Source: Podarcis liolepis (taxonomy: Eukaryota). From it: DNA of 64,000 bases. The DNA lies in NCBI GenBank assembly GCA_965112155.1, contig OZ218106.1, one strand, 5' to 3'. The position numbers were made by a program, and so were the translations under genes. The notes under the pieces were generated by a model, which was not told where the DNA came from, made no database searches, and worked only from the letters and a program-made list of their open reading frames with translations. Positions 50,475 through 59,315 of the stretch are shown here, piece by piece (position 1 is the first letter of the stretch; each line of letters opens with the position of its first letter).

Positions 50475-52163
50475 AGCACAGTACAGTACAGTATAGTAAT
50501 CTTGTTTTGAAAATATTTTAAAAAGCTACAACAATGGTTGCAATATTCCCATCAAAGTGTTTTCAAAGCATTGCTTACTGAGACTAGGACTTGAAATGAG
50601 GTTCATTTAATTAGGCAAACCACCCATGAGGTTCTTATAAGCCATTATATTTAAAACAGTTCAATACAATAAACTGAGTTTTCATTAGTTAATGGACAGA
50701 AGCCCTTATAGTAGTATGGTATTAACAAACCACTATCATAGAGAAACAAATACTTGAGCAATAAAATGTTTATCAAGAACATAAAAAATTTAACATTCAT
50801 GTACATGTGTGTATGTTCAAGTTTCTAAAACCTGGGAGTGGAAGGAGGGCAGATTTGTGTTATTTTTATTGCCTTGTATTTGAGTGTGCTTAGAACTAAA
50901 GGAGCCTAATGAAAGCATGTAGGAAAAACAACCCAAACACATAAATTAAAGCAAAAAGAATAGAAGCATAGGGGAAATAACTACTTACTGCAGCACTTTT
51001 TCCTGGAAAGTTGAAGAAGGCATCAGGACCATACTTCTGAGGCATGTGCTTTAACACAGACAACAGCTTTCCAGCATGTGGTGGCTATTTAAAGAACGAT
51101 TTCTCATGTATTTAGTATTTGAATATAAAATTCAGCAAAACAATTGAACATTAACTATGAACTTTAGACAACACTTCTGCTGATTTGCACATTACAATAA
51201 TGCTATCATACACAAATTATCTCATAAATCCTATTTGCCTTGGATGTCTAGAACCATCATTCTGAGTGGATAGCATTGGTTGCCAGCTGAGTTCTTACAA
51301 TGTAGAATATGGGACTTATGCCCACCCCTCTGCCATCCAGTGCCAAGGTAGTGAACCAACCACATGATAGGGCACCATACCATGTCATACGAATGTTGCC
51401 TAAATAACGTGTCTGTTAAGGGTATGCGCCCTTAAGATTTGTCATTTCAGGGGTGTTGGTGCTTGAGTGAACATGTTAAACTGCATGTTCAATTAACAAC
51501 AACAACAACAAAATTCCAAACAAGTACAGGTCACACAACCACACACTGGCCTGGTTACAGCCTTCCATCTAGGTTCAAATCTTTTTATTAACCTTATGTA
51601 TGAAATCAATGTATGAAGTCAATGAAATCAGTTTCAGTGAAATAAACATATTTTCTCTCTTTTTTGGATAATGCAGAGTGTTCTACTTACCCATTTTCCT
51701 TTGTCTCCCTGAAGTTTGCTGAAGTACAGCTTTAACTCCCGAACTGTCACATTGTAGCTTGCTAATACTCCCAGCATATCAACTAGGAGATCTAAGAAAA
51801 ACAAATTATTAGATTTAGATTAATACCCAACTTTTTATTTTACCAGCAAAAAATGTTATAAAAAGGATTCTGTGTCAATTAAAGACACTACCACAGTTAC
51901 TTCCAGTTTTAGGCTGACTGGAAATTCATACCTGCAATCATATTGTCAGCTTTATCAATCCTCTGGAGCACGTGCTCAACAAGACCCACTTCTGCGCAAA
52001 TTTGGAGATTTCGTATACTTTTCTTCAAGATGGCTGTAAACATGCTCCATACCTCAGCCTGGCAAGTGACATCACATTTATCCAACAAGTCCACCATGCA
52101 AGTAATACTCTCTCCATCTTGTATAATAAAGTTCATTTCCAGATCAAAGTGACCTCCTACAAG
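3235..52163 (-). CDS. LRBA: LRBA, partial multi-exon CDS (approx. exons 3-30: ConA/laminin-G-like and helical-repeat N-terminal half plus low-complexity linker); gene extends beyond both window ends
   Basis: 28 exons bounded by AG/GT (one GC donor) join in a single open frame with consistent phases. Peptides [26 protein letters not shown] and [12 protein letters not shown] match LRBA rather than paralog NBEA (from recollection). Exon numbering is inferred from recalled human exon sizes. Confidence 0.96.
3821..4071. mobile_element. Non-autonomous hAT-type MITE (copy 1)
   Basis: TIR CAGGGGTAGGCAA...TTGCTGACCCCAG, gtttacac duplicated on both flanks; closely similar copy at 34904. Confidence 0.85.
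4799..5593 (-). mobile_element. Solo LTR (795 bp) carrying a long internal ORF
   Basis: TGTCAG...CTGACA termini, perfect 5-bp TSD catac (4794-4798/5594-5598), AATAAA on minus at 4866-4871, CpG-rich. Confidence 0.85.
5751..5898 (-). CDS. LRBA: LRBA exon ~29 (148 nt) [32 protein letters not shown]...
   Basis: tttacag|GAG...CAG|gttagt; ORF 5746..5928. Confidence 0.94.
6376..6499. mobile_element. Degenerate palindromic hAT-type MITE (family of 9034)
   Basis: ggactacaat..catcatccc / tgtagtccaaca inverted core; boundaries approximate. Confidence 0.55.
7625..7732 (-). CDS. LRBA: LRBA exon ~28 (108 nt) [36 protein letters not shown]
   Basis: aaacag|AGC...ATA|gtgagt. Confidence 0.95.
8591..8721 (-). 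CDS. LRBA: LRBA exon ~27 (131 nt) [14 protein letters not shown]...GRSGAK, GC donor
   Basis: tttcag|TG...AAG|gcaagt; only the GC donor gives the phase 0 needed for the next exon. Confidence 0.9.
9034..9169. mobile_element. Palindromic hAT-type MITE
   Basis: Near-perfect foldback CAGGCATGGCCAAAC...GTTTGGCCATGCCTG; 8-bp TSD ccataggc/ccatagac. Confidence 0.88.
9788..9908 (+). mobile_element. tRNA-Lys-derived SINE with CR1-like tail
   Basis: tagctcagttggtagagcatga..taatctcagggttgtgaattcgaatcccatgttgggca resembles tRNA-Lys(CTT); tail ggactagatgac...ggtcccttc is CR1 3'-like. Confidence 0.75.
9909..9980 (-). mobile_element. Second tRNA-Lys-derived SINE head, inverted
   Basis: Reverse complement gggatagctgagtc..agcatgagactcttaagctcaggatcatgggttcaagcccatgttgggca. 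Confidence 0.7.
10132..10312 (-). CDS. LRBA: LRBA exon ~26 (181 nt) [18 protein letters not shown]...[10 protein letters not shown]
   Basis: atgcag|CAT...TTG|gtaagc; ORF 10106..10318. Confidence 0.95.
11554..11707 (-). CDS. LRBA: LRBA exon ~25 (154 nt) [15 protein letters not shown]...LSAATSAT
   Basis: gatcag|C...ACC|gtaaga; ORF 11488..11727. Confidence 0.95.
12441..12608. mobile_element. Young GC-rich hAT-type MITE with internal 22-bp tandem repeat
   Basis: TIR CAGTGGCGTAGCGTGGG...CCCACGCTACGCCGCTG, perfect 8-bp TSD gctgactc. Confidence 0.88.
13086..13360 (-). mobile_element. Sauria SINE, internally deleted
   Basis: Homologous to 29941/41953 copies; lacks the segment around the B box; ACCTTT tail. 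Confidence 0.85.
13443..13618 (-). CDS. LRBA: LRBA exon ~24 (176 nt) TSRQQDAAG...[34 protein letters not shown]
   Basis: gtatag|ACA...AG|gtaatg. Confidence 0.94.
14331..15341 (-). CDS. LRBA: LRBA exon ~23 (1011 nt), large acidic low-complexity linker VTFEIHKE...[20 protein letters not shown]...LPE
   Basis: ttcaaag|GTA...GAG|gtaggt; ORF 14250..15362. Confidence 0.93.
15643..15803. mobile_element. Tc1/mariner (Tigger-like) MITE
   Basis: TA|CAGTCGTACCTT...AAAGTATGACTG|TA. Confidence 0.75.
16261..16396. mobile_element. Tc1/mariner-like MITE
   Basis: CAGGCAACTCTCCATTT...AAATGGGGAGGTGCCTG|TA inverted termini. Confidence 0.6.
17339..17374. repeat. (CA)n microsatellite
   Basis: Direct reading. 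Confidence 0.95.
17930..18050 (-). mobile_element. Degenerate tRNA-derived SINE (related remnant at ~21240-21350)
   Basis: Reverse complement begins atagctcagtggtaaagcat (A-box-like); shared ctgattggca end with the 21240 remnant. Confidence 0.55.
21580..21839 (-). mobile_element. tRNA-derived CORE/MIR-like SINE with simple-repeat tail
   Basis: Minus strand gagccagtgtggtgtagtggttaagag...ggttcgagtcc (A/B boxes), CORE-like gggtgaccttgggc, (TCC/TTC)n tail. Confidence 0.8.
22816..22981. mobile_element. Tc1/mariner MITE
   Basis: TA|CAGCACAATCACATCTTAC...GTAAGATGTGATCGTACTG|TA. Confidence 0.8.
23713..23745 (-). CDS. Candidate 33-nt cassette exon ([11 protein letters not shown]) in LRBA intron 22
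   Basis: cttgcttgacttgcccag|TCT...AAG|gtgagc, phase 0-0. Confidence 0.4.
24279..24287 (-). CDS. Candidate 9-nt microexon (DLK) in LRBA intron 22
   Basis: ttgctttcttttgctctcag|GATTTAAAG|gtgcgc, phase 0-0. Confidence 0.45.
25855..25932 (-). CDS. Candidate 78-nt in-frame cassette exon in LRBA intron 22 ([26 protein letters not shown])
   Basis: tttcag|GTA...CAG|gtgagg, phase 0-0 matching intron 22, no stop, long pyrimidine tract upstream; no transcript evidence. Confidence 0.55.
27548..27740 (-). CDS. LRBA: LRBA exon ~22 (193 nt) [15 protein letters not shown]...[11 protein letters not shown]
   Basis: ttttgcag|G...AAG|gtaagt; ORF 27518..27721. Confidence 0.95.
28001..28124 (-). CDS. LRBA: LRBA exon ~21 (124 nt) [41 protein letters not shown]
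   Basis: tttacag|AG...AG|gtaagt. Confidence 0.95.
29817..29870 (-). mobile_element. 5'-truncated BovB/RTE LINE 3' end
   Basis: Minus strand ggggtcacgaagagtcagacacgactaaa(caa)n, the typical BovB terminus. Confidence 0.7.
29941..30289 (+). mobile_element. Full-length Sauria SINE
   Basis: tRNA-like head with GGTTCGAATCC B box, BovB-like tail, TSD tattaattagagg (29925-29937/30296-30308). Confidence 0.92.
30718..30779. repeat. Perfect 31-bp tandem duplication at the end of a degenerate foldback element (~30456-30737)
   Basis: agtaaggcttagttgaatgacttcaactccc x2. Confidence 0.9.
31191..31272 (-). CDS. LRBA: LRBA exon ~20 (82 nt) [27 protein letters not shown]
   Basis: ttcccctag|ATA...CTC|gtaagc. 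Confidence 0.95.
31521..31688. other. Assembly gap (168 N) in intron 19
   Basis: Run of N. Confidence 1.
32196..32245. repeat. ~16-17-bp tandem repeat x3
   Basis: ctgtgatgtcaaacat units. Confidence 0.85.
32376..32484 (-). CDS. LRBA: LRBA exon ~19 (109 nt) [36 protein letters not shown]
   Basis: attag|G...GAG|gtacta; ORF 32319..32561. Confidence 0.94.
33007..33099 (-). CDS. LRBA: LRBA exon ~18 (93 nt) [31 protein letters not shown]
   Basis: cttctttag|T...AA|gtaagt. Confidence 0.95.
34904..35154. mobile_element. Non-autonomous hAT-type MITE (copy 2)
   Basis: Homologous to 3821-4071; 8-bp TSD cttcaggt/ctttaggt. Confidence 0.88.
37633..37730 (-). CDS. LRBA: LRBA exon ~17 (98 nt) [33 protein letters not shown]
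   Basis: taacag|GAT...CG|gtaaga. Confidence 0.95.
39691..39753 (-). CDS. LRBA: LRBA exon ~16 (63 nt) [21 protein letters not shown]
   Basis: tttaag|GAT...GAG|gtaatc. Confidence 0.94.
40012..40101. mobile_element. 90-bp hAT-type MITE
   Basis: TIR CATAGCTGTCAA...TTGACAGCTTTG; TSD gcttagcc/gcatagcc. Confidence 0.75.
40960..41039 (-). CDS. LRBA: LRBA exon ~15 (80 nt) [27 protein letters not shown]
   Basis: ttaag|AT...AAG|gtaagc. Confidence 0.94.
41568..41736 (-). CDS. LRBA: LRBA exon ~14 (169 nt) [15 protein letters not shown]...RSGIIPKGL
   Basis: atacag|GTT...TAG|gtatgt (phase 1). Confidence 0.95.
41954..42301 (-). mobile_element. Full-length Sauria SINE
   Basis: Reverse-complement homolog of 29941; TSD gaattgtgta. 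Confidence 0.92.
42473..42625 (-). CDS. LRBA: LRBA exon ~13 (153 nt) [14 protein letters not shown]...WIHTPAK
   Basis: ttctgcag|TCT...AAG|gtaaaa; ORF 42440..42745. Confidence 0.95.
42750..42858 (-). CDS. LRBA: LRBA exon ~12 (109 nt) [36 protein letters not shown]
   Basis: cttccag|T...AAG|gtaaat. Confidence 0.95.
43549..43920 (-). mobile_element. Full-length Sauria SINE, distinct subfamily
   Basis: Same architecture with diagnostic differences in body and tail; (ACCTTT)n tail; TSD ttagaaatct. Confidence 0.9.
44855..44988 (-). CDS. LRBA: LRBA exon ~11 (134 nt) [32 protein letters not shown]...
   Basis: taacag|GAT...TG|gtaaga. Confidence 0.95.
45448..45645 (-). CDS. LRBA: LRBA exon ~10 (198 nt) [13 protein letters not shown]...HSPHALMLQ
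   Basis: ttctag|GGA...CAG|gtattt. Confidence 0.95.
46184..46330 (-). CDS. LRBA: LRBA exon ~9 (147 nt) [23 protein letters not shown]...LGLGYK
   Basis: ttcctag|ACA...AAG|gtattt. Confidence 0.95.
47726..47845 (-). CDS. LRBA: LRBA exon ~8 (120 nt) [40 protein letters not shown]
   Basis: tgtag|TGG...GAC|gtaagt. Confidence 0.95.
48859..48985 (-). CDS. LRBA: LRBA exon ~7 (127 nt) [18 protein letters not shown]...FDFKPQK
   Basis: tttcag|T...AAG|gtgagt. Confidence 0.95.
49108..49229 (-). CDS. LRBA: LRBA exon ~6 (122 nt) [26 protein letters not shown]...PYLY
   Basis: ttttctag|GCT...TG|gtatgt. Confidence 0.95.
50430..50473. repeat. (CA)n microsatellite
   Basis: Direct reading. Confidence 0.95.
50989..51084 (-). 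CDS. LRBA: LRBA exon ~5 (96 nt) [32 protein letters not shown]
   Basis: aatag|CCA...GCA|gtaagt. Confidence 0.95.
51691..51791 (-). CDS. LRBA: LRBA exon ~4 (101 nt) [34 protein letters not shown]
   Basis: ttcttag|AT...TGG|gtaagt. Confidence 0.95.
51932..52163 (-). CDS. LRBA: LRBA exon ~3 (232 nt) [12 protein letters not shown]...DKADNMIA
   Basis: ttgaag|CTT...GCAG|gtatga; ORF 51909..52187. Confidence 0.95.
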
Positions 52164-55100
52164 CTTCAATTTGAAAAGAATAGACATTAGTGATTTTCTC
52201 TATCTCTAGAATTATATGTTTAAAAGATTTACAACATACAATAGCAGCATTCCTTTTTGGAGGATACACAGTAAGGATATGAGCAGACACCACTAGAAAA
52301 TTTAGATTGCATAATCAAGTAAGTGCAGGCCGAATTAGAAATAAGTGTTACTGGGTGGAATCCAGAGTTATATGGACATAATGGGGTAGGTGGAAGCTAG
52401 CCATGCCTCGTCCCTATGGCAGCATTCCCCAGGTCCTCAAAAATGCTCTACTGAGGGGTAGGGACTCTACTACATGAGGTTTGCACCCCCACACACACAC
52501 AAAAAAACTGGGCATGGCACCTTCCATGAGTGAGCTCCTGCCTGAAGAAGTTGCTTCTGCCCAGTTTTCAGGAATCCCCCTATTACATGCACTTAGTTTT
52601 GAATCCAACTCATTGAGTCCAATGGGTCTTACACTCACATGTGTTTCCATCGTTTTACGTTAACCATCTAGCAACAGGCATCAGTGTATATGATCAATGT
52701 ATATCGGAAGCCAATGTCGGAATAAGAAATATGATCCCAAATACTGTTTTCCAATGAGCAATTTTAGAAACATTCCTTTTGACACATGACCGGTAGGTTA
52801 CCACAGGTGTCCACAGGAATTTTGAGGGTGAGAGGGTGACTGCTACAAACAAACCAACCTAACTGGCATCAGATAATAGGACTATCATTTGTGGGTAGAC
52901 CTGGCTCTGTTAAACTTGCATTCTGGGAATACTCATCCATTTGTTCTCTGTGGATAGACTGCTGTCCATCTGCCTAGACAGGTGCCTGGTGCACCTGTAA
53001 TGTCTTTTCTCTCACCACTGAAACCAGGTTAAAAACACTGTACTATACCTTCAGAGTTGGATATAATAATGATGGACTTTATGTGCATTGGCATTAACAG
53101 ATTACTTTTTAAAATGTTTAGGAATTCAGAATAGTACCACATTTTTGTATGAAATGAGGCCTTAGTTAGAAAGATCACAAGTTCCTGGTTTTGTTGCTGT
53201 ATATTGTGGTTGAGCTGACAGGTGACTCCCCAGTTGCTACTCCAAACTTAAGTTCCATTGAATTGGATAGGAAAGTGATCATTGCACTTATTTTGAGGGG
53301 GCTAACGTGACTAAGGCTGCAATCCTCTGCACACTTATCTGAGTGGGACTCTACTGACAAGTAAACATACAACAATCCTATACACATTGCTCTTCTCCTG
53401 CTCTCACTGCCCCATTGTACTGAATCCAGTCAGTACCCGTGTATCTATACTCCTGGCTTGCTTAGCTATGTTCTTTTACATAGCACTTGGTGGTTTCTTC
53501 AACAGATCATCATGAGTAGTGCCTCATAATACCCAGCCTGCAATGTCACCTGCCAGCTCGTCTGATGACAGGGTTTATCACACAAGAGCTGTATTTAATT
53601 CAGTGAATGACACCCCTTGGGTATATGAGGGTTAGCAGCAGAGATCTATTACTAAACAGAAACTAATCAGATAGGATTTTTTCATTAAAAATATATTCAT
53701 TCAGATATAAGATTTGCCAAAACAGTCACTCTTCCTGGCTTTTCCCTGAATCCCAGCAGCTCCCACTCATTACTCAAGATCTGAAGTGTTAGAGATATAC
53801 ATGTTGGGAAGCACATTTTTCAGCATTCTTAACATAAATCAGCAACGATGTCATGCACCTCAAGATTAGAAAGCTATAGCGAGTGTATCTGAGATTCCTA
53901 AACAGAATACACGTATAATGGAAAAGAATGAATTAATGAATAAAACACTTTAAATATTTCTCCTCTCTCACTCTTATTTCATTAATGAAATGAAGGAAGA
54001 ATGGCACAGGTAACAACTTGTAGCAGGTGATAACTTTCTTCCGCCTCCATTAGCAACAGTGGTGAATGTCAAACAAGTGGATGGAATTGGAATGTGGCCG
54101 GCTAGACCTTTTGGCCTAGTGGTGAGAGGGTCAGTCCTAGGGGTGTGTTTGAAAGCTGCTGATAGTGAAGGTTCCTAGGAGGGATGGTCAATAGACACAC
54201 ATCGTGTAACAGCATCCAGGCACAATTTAAAGCTATTTTTTTACCTATAAATCCTAGGAGAGTTTGCAGTGAAACTAAAGGACTACTTTCACTACCTTCC
54301 ATTGTAGTGCCCAGATCAGAGGGCAACTCCTGACTGACATATTGCTGCCGTGTCACAAGTGATAACAAAGTAATGCTGGTTTTCTGGCTAGAAAACCTAT
54401 CCTTGCCATTTTATGCATGCAACAGCAACAGTCAAGTACTTGGGCTCAGTAGAAAGGCAGACTCATGCAAAGAACTACCAACATCTTGAAAGCAAAAAAA
54501 TTAAGGAAGCCATGTATGATTTTATGCTTATGAACCAACGATGGAATTATTCAGCTTTTCTGCCAATGTCAAGCACAGTGCAAAGTTGTTAGGGAAAAAA
54601 TCCCTGGCTCACTAGCTTCTTAAAGTTCATTTCTATGAGTTAATGTATTTGGTTTTAAGTGACCATCAACTACCATGCCAACACTTTACAGGACATACAT
54701 TCTGCTGTTAACTAAAATGACCTCACCTTCACCTCAATTCTCTACTACCCATCTTTCACTTTTGGCTACATGTACTATTGTCAGTAACTACCCATCCAAG
54801 AAGTTGACAAATTAGTTTTCCTATCTAATCTGCAAAACACAAATAATTCAGCAGCGTTAGAAGTAGAACACTCCTAGGACCAGACACTAGACTTAAATCT
54901 CCCTCATTTAAGTGTTTTATGAAATTACTTTAAGAAAATATGGGAAACAGTTACATGCAATTTGTAGTGAATTTGATATACTGTTAATATGCAAAAATAT
55001 TATAGATGCACGTAAGTGCACACCTATACAGTATGTCATATTAACCCTTTCTAATGGCAATTTGAGACTGATCAACCTTCAAGACACAAATTTGTTGCCA

Positions 55101-58100
55101 AAGACAGGGATCGTAATCCTGGTCCGTACACTGGCTAGTTATTATCCGAGCTGCAGTAATGGCTGTGCAGAGCAAAATGTAATCTCGCGAAATGTCACAG
55201 TAAGTTATGAATATCTGAGCAGCCTAATGCACCTTACTAGCCATGAAGTGTGAGGATGTAATCTTATTACCTTTTTTATGGTTGTATTTTTTTGAATAAT
55301 GTAGCCTTTGAACTGATGTATAGTCTTTCCCTGCACTTTAGCATGATTTGGTCTCCCGTGTCATGCAGTTCATTTTTCAGAACTCCCCGATTCAATGTAT
55401 TTTAAGTCTTAGGCTCAACTTCATAAACAATCTTTATAACAACCCACAGGGTGGCATAATATTTTCGCTCTGCAGATTGTGGTATAATGTGTAAGCATAC
55501 AGCAGTGATTTTAAAGCAACACATTTGAAGCATTCAAATACATCTTCATAAGTTTTACATTTCATTTTAATATTTGCCTTGGCTATTCGTAAATTTAAAT
55601 AAGTCATAAATATATCAATACCTGCATGAATTCAAGAAGCAATGACAACCTTTTGTAGTTTACATTTGTAGATTAAGGGTCTCAGCCCCAATTCCACCCC
55701 CTCCAAAATCTCTGGTATCCAGGGAGATTTCTTTACACCCAATATCATTATATACCAAAATAATGGTTAGGCAAAATTAGGCAAGTTAAGAGCTAGAAAC
55801 CAATTATCTATCTACATTATTAATTAACAGTTTATGAGTTCAAAATATCAGTCACAGGATTTTAAATTAATGACAGCTACTGTGATAATGTGACATTAAT
55901 TTGAGGAACCTTACAAACAAAAACCTGTCTGAAAGTGAACTCCAGTCAATCTAAGACATATTTATTTGATATATTTAGGGTATGAGCTGAAGGAAGGTGC
56001 AACTGTTCTGAGTACTGAACAGAGAAAACCCCACTGAAATAAACTATTATGAGAATTAGTGTGCTTATTCTGAAATAACAGAGTAAATAACGATGTCATT
56101 TACATTGTTTGAAGATACCAATTTAGGTTCCTTTAGTTACCCAGACTGGGGCACAGAAACATAAGAACAATTTGAAACTTTCTTTTAAAAAAAAGCACAC
56201 AAAGTTCAATAATATACACAGAGGCGAACAAAAACACACAACACAAGTTGTATAAAAAATACCCTACATTTTAAAACACTGCAGAGGTACTATGTTATAC
56301 ACCGTAAACTTTTCCTTAATGGTAATAAAGAATTTAATATACATAAATGTTTTCCAAATACAACTTTCTATATTACGTTTCACAAACGTATGCATAATGC
56401 ACACAGTAAAATTTCACCTTGAAACTAGAATGAAACAGCAAGTGACTGGTTGGCATTAAAAAATTATGTATTGCTACCCAGATCAGAGTTATGTAAACTG
56501 CAAGACAAGACATGCCTGAGGCTCATTGGGTTTTTCATGTCAGGTTTAAATGCTGGAAGATACAAATGTTTCAGACCATAAAAGGTGCATGCACTATGAT
56601 AAATACTAACATCTGTGACTGCTGGCCAATCTTAACTTTCCTAATCCAAGATACAAGGCAATCCCTGCAAGCTGCAGAATCTCTAGCTAAAAGAAAAGAG
56701 ACAACCTAGCTGATATTAATGAAAGTTAATTTTCATACCAGCTGACTCAGACTTAAATACAAAGTATGGTCTGGCTGTACACAAATTATTGAAGTCTGCA
56801 CATTGTGCTTTCTTCAACCTACTGTACTCTGATTTCTCCTCTCAGTTTTCTTTCTCCTGCCCCATCATCTTACACAGAAAGCATAGGGATAACAGAATTA
56901 GAATAACAAACCATAGAAACAACCAAAATTCTCACCATCACCAATAAACCGGGCAACTCTAGGTTTCAGACACCCTAGGGTTTGCCCAAACCATGGTTTG
57001 CCCACTTCAGATATAACAGCAGCCTATGAATGGTTTGTTAAAATCAAAATGAAGAGGGGAAAGCAGGGTATGTGAGGCTAGTGGGCAAGAGAAGGGAGCG
57101 TAAGACACAGATTCATTTATGTAGTGTCAAATCTTGGTTTAGTGTTAAGTCTGAAACAACACAACAGTCACATTTATTTTAAACACATCTGATGAAGCCA
57201 ACTCTCATTCATAAAAGCTTATGGCATGTCTTTGAAGGTATCTTAAGACTCTTCATTGATTTTGCTGCAGTAGATTGAACATGTCTATCCTTCTGGAAAT
57301 TGGATCCAAAAAACGGTGCTATTGCACAAGTGGAAAGCATTGATTTTCATTGATCTGCCCTGTGCCTCCTTATCACGTGGTTCCCAAAGGTCACCCAATC
57401 TTTAAGAGGAGTTTTTCAGAAGGTGCAGGAGACTGCAATAGGAAACCGTGTTGCAGCAGCACACTTCTGTTCCCTTGTCTTAGGCTTCAAGTCAACTACA
57501 GAGACTGAAGTAAAAGCTACTTAAATTTGATGTAATTTTAATATCCTACATTAAGCTGCTCTATTAAACATATCCATTATCCTTCTATTCAAATTTCCAC
57601 ATTGAACCACCCTACATATAAAACTCACTCTCACAAAATAACCAAATTCGTAACCTTAGTAACGTAAGTACATCAAGGTAAAATTCTTGCCTAAAGTCAT
57701 ATGCAAAGTATGTGCCTTCCTATAGGAAATGAGATTTCCAAAATCCATTACATCACTGATTCATACATGAGCACTGAAAGCCAATAAATCACTTAAACTA
57801 TGATACAGAGGTCCTTTAAAAATTTGCATTTACCTATAGTAAATACCGCCATGTTCTTTAATAGCTTGCTAGCGCAATCTTCGCAAACTACTGATTTATG
57901 GTTGTGACATATTTTCAAAATCAGAAATCCATCACTGTATGACATCTACTAGAAAGGCAGTTCAAGTTACATAACTCTAAATTTAAACTCTGTGTAACAT
58001 GAAAGTCACATAGCAAAACAAAAACAACAAAAAAACACCCTGTACTGTATTGCTTATTTTAGTTTCCCTACTGTTCATTTCACTCTAGGAATATATGGAA

Positions 58101-58407
58101 GCTATTTGTTAGTACACCACATCAATTTACAGGCCTACTCATAGAGGTTTCTCAACATTTCATTAGGAATATAATAATAGACAAAAAGAAAATATAGCGA
58201 TACAGCCCCTAGAAATGAATGGCAATAATCAAACTTGGAAGTAACAAAGGCTGAAAGCAAACAGTGGACATTTTCTCAAGATAACAACTGTCATGATCTC
58301 TTTTAGCAACTTTCCTGAAGAAGAGGTAACCAATGGGCTACCCTAAAGTGACCTTAAAATTTATATTCAGCAGAAACAATACTGTTTTACCAAAGCCTAT
58401 TAAAGTC

Positions 58408-59315
58408 TGTGGGCCATATCCAACCCCGCAGCTCTGCCTGGTGCAACAAGCTTCCATGCAAGCCACAAGCCTTCTTCCTCTCCTGTCCCCTCCAACTTCC
58501 CATGCAACCTCAAAATCAGCTCCAGGGGGGGAAGAGGAAGTGGGATCATCTTAATAGATGGTCCTGGTTGCGGGCAGGCCCTCAACCCAGTCCCCCCATC
58601 CTGGCATGGGTGGAGCCATTACCCCCACGACAGGGTGGCACCACGATTACCCAGGGCTATCACCTAATCAATTTGAGTGAGGTGACCGTGGAGGGGGGAG
58701 TATAAAAGTGGCAGGGCGACGTGCGCCAAGCACCTGCTTCGCGCTGCCGAACACCCGCCCACCCTCCCTTTAATTTAGGTGTCCTCTGGCCTTGCTTTGG
58801 ACTTTGGGTTGGTTGCCTGTCTTGGGATGGGGACCAGGTAGGAATTTTTCCATTTGGCAAATTGGCACTGGCCACTTGGTTTTCGCCTAACTCTTAGCAA
58901 TCGTCAAAGCTTTGTAAGGTTTGGCAGTTAGGCATTGGGCTTATTGTTGAGTGGGGGAGGGGAGGTCGGCCAACGCCTGCCCCTCCATTGTACAAGGGTA
59001 TTCCATTAAAGGAATCTGGATCCTGTCCGAAGTCTGCTTGAGGGGCTATGGCCATGTCAGGCCTCTGGGAACACCAGGGGAGATGCAGGTGGGTTCCCCC
59101 GAAGCAGCTCCCCTTTGGGTGGTTTACCCTTACAGACTTCCTGCAGAGGGGCAGGAGTCCGATATAGTCTTTTGCCAATGCCTAAGCCAATACCGCTCAC
59201 ATTTCCTGTAATCAATAAAGTTGTGGCCAAAATTTGCCCAATAACCTTAAACAAAAAATCTGTGTCTGTGTGAATTTCTTTATTCTAATGGGGGGTTGGC
59301 TTGAGGGTCTTGACA
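58408..59315 (+). mobile_element. Probable solo LTR, antisense to LRBA (5' boundary uncertain)
   Basis: GC-rich block, TATAAAA at 58701, AATAAA at 59214, ends ...GGGTCTTGACA; no clean TSD found. Confidence 0.55.
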
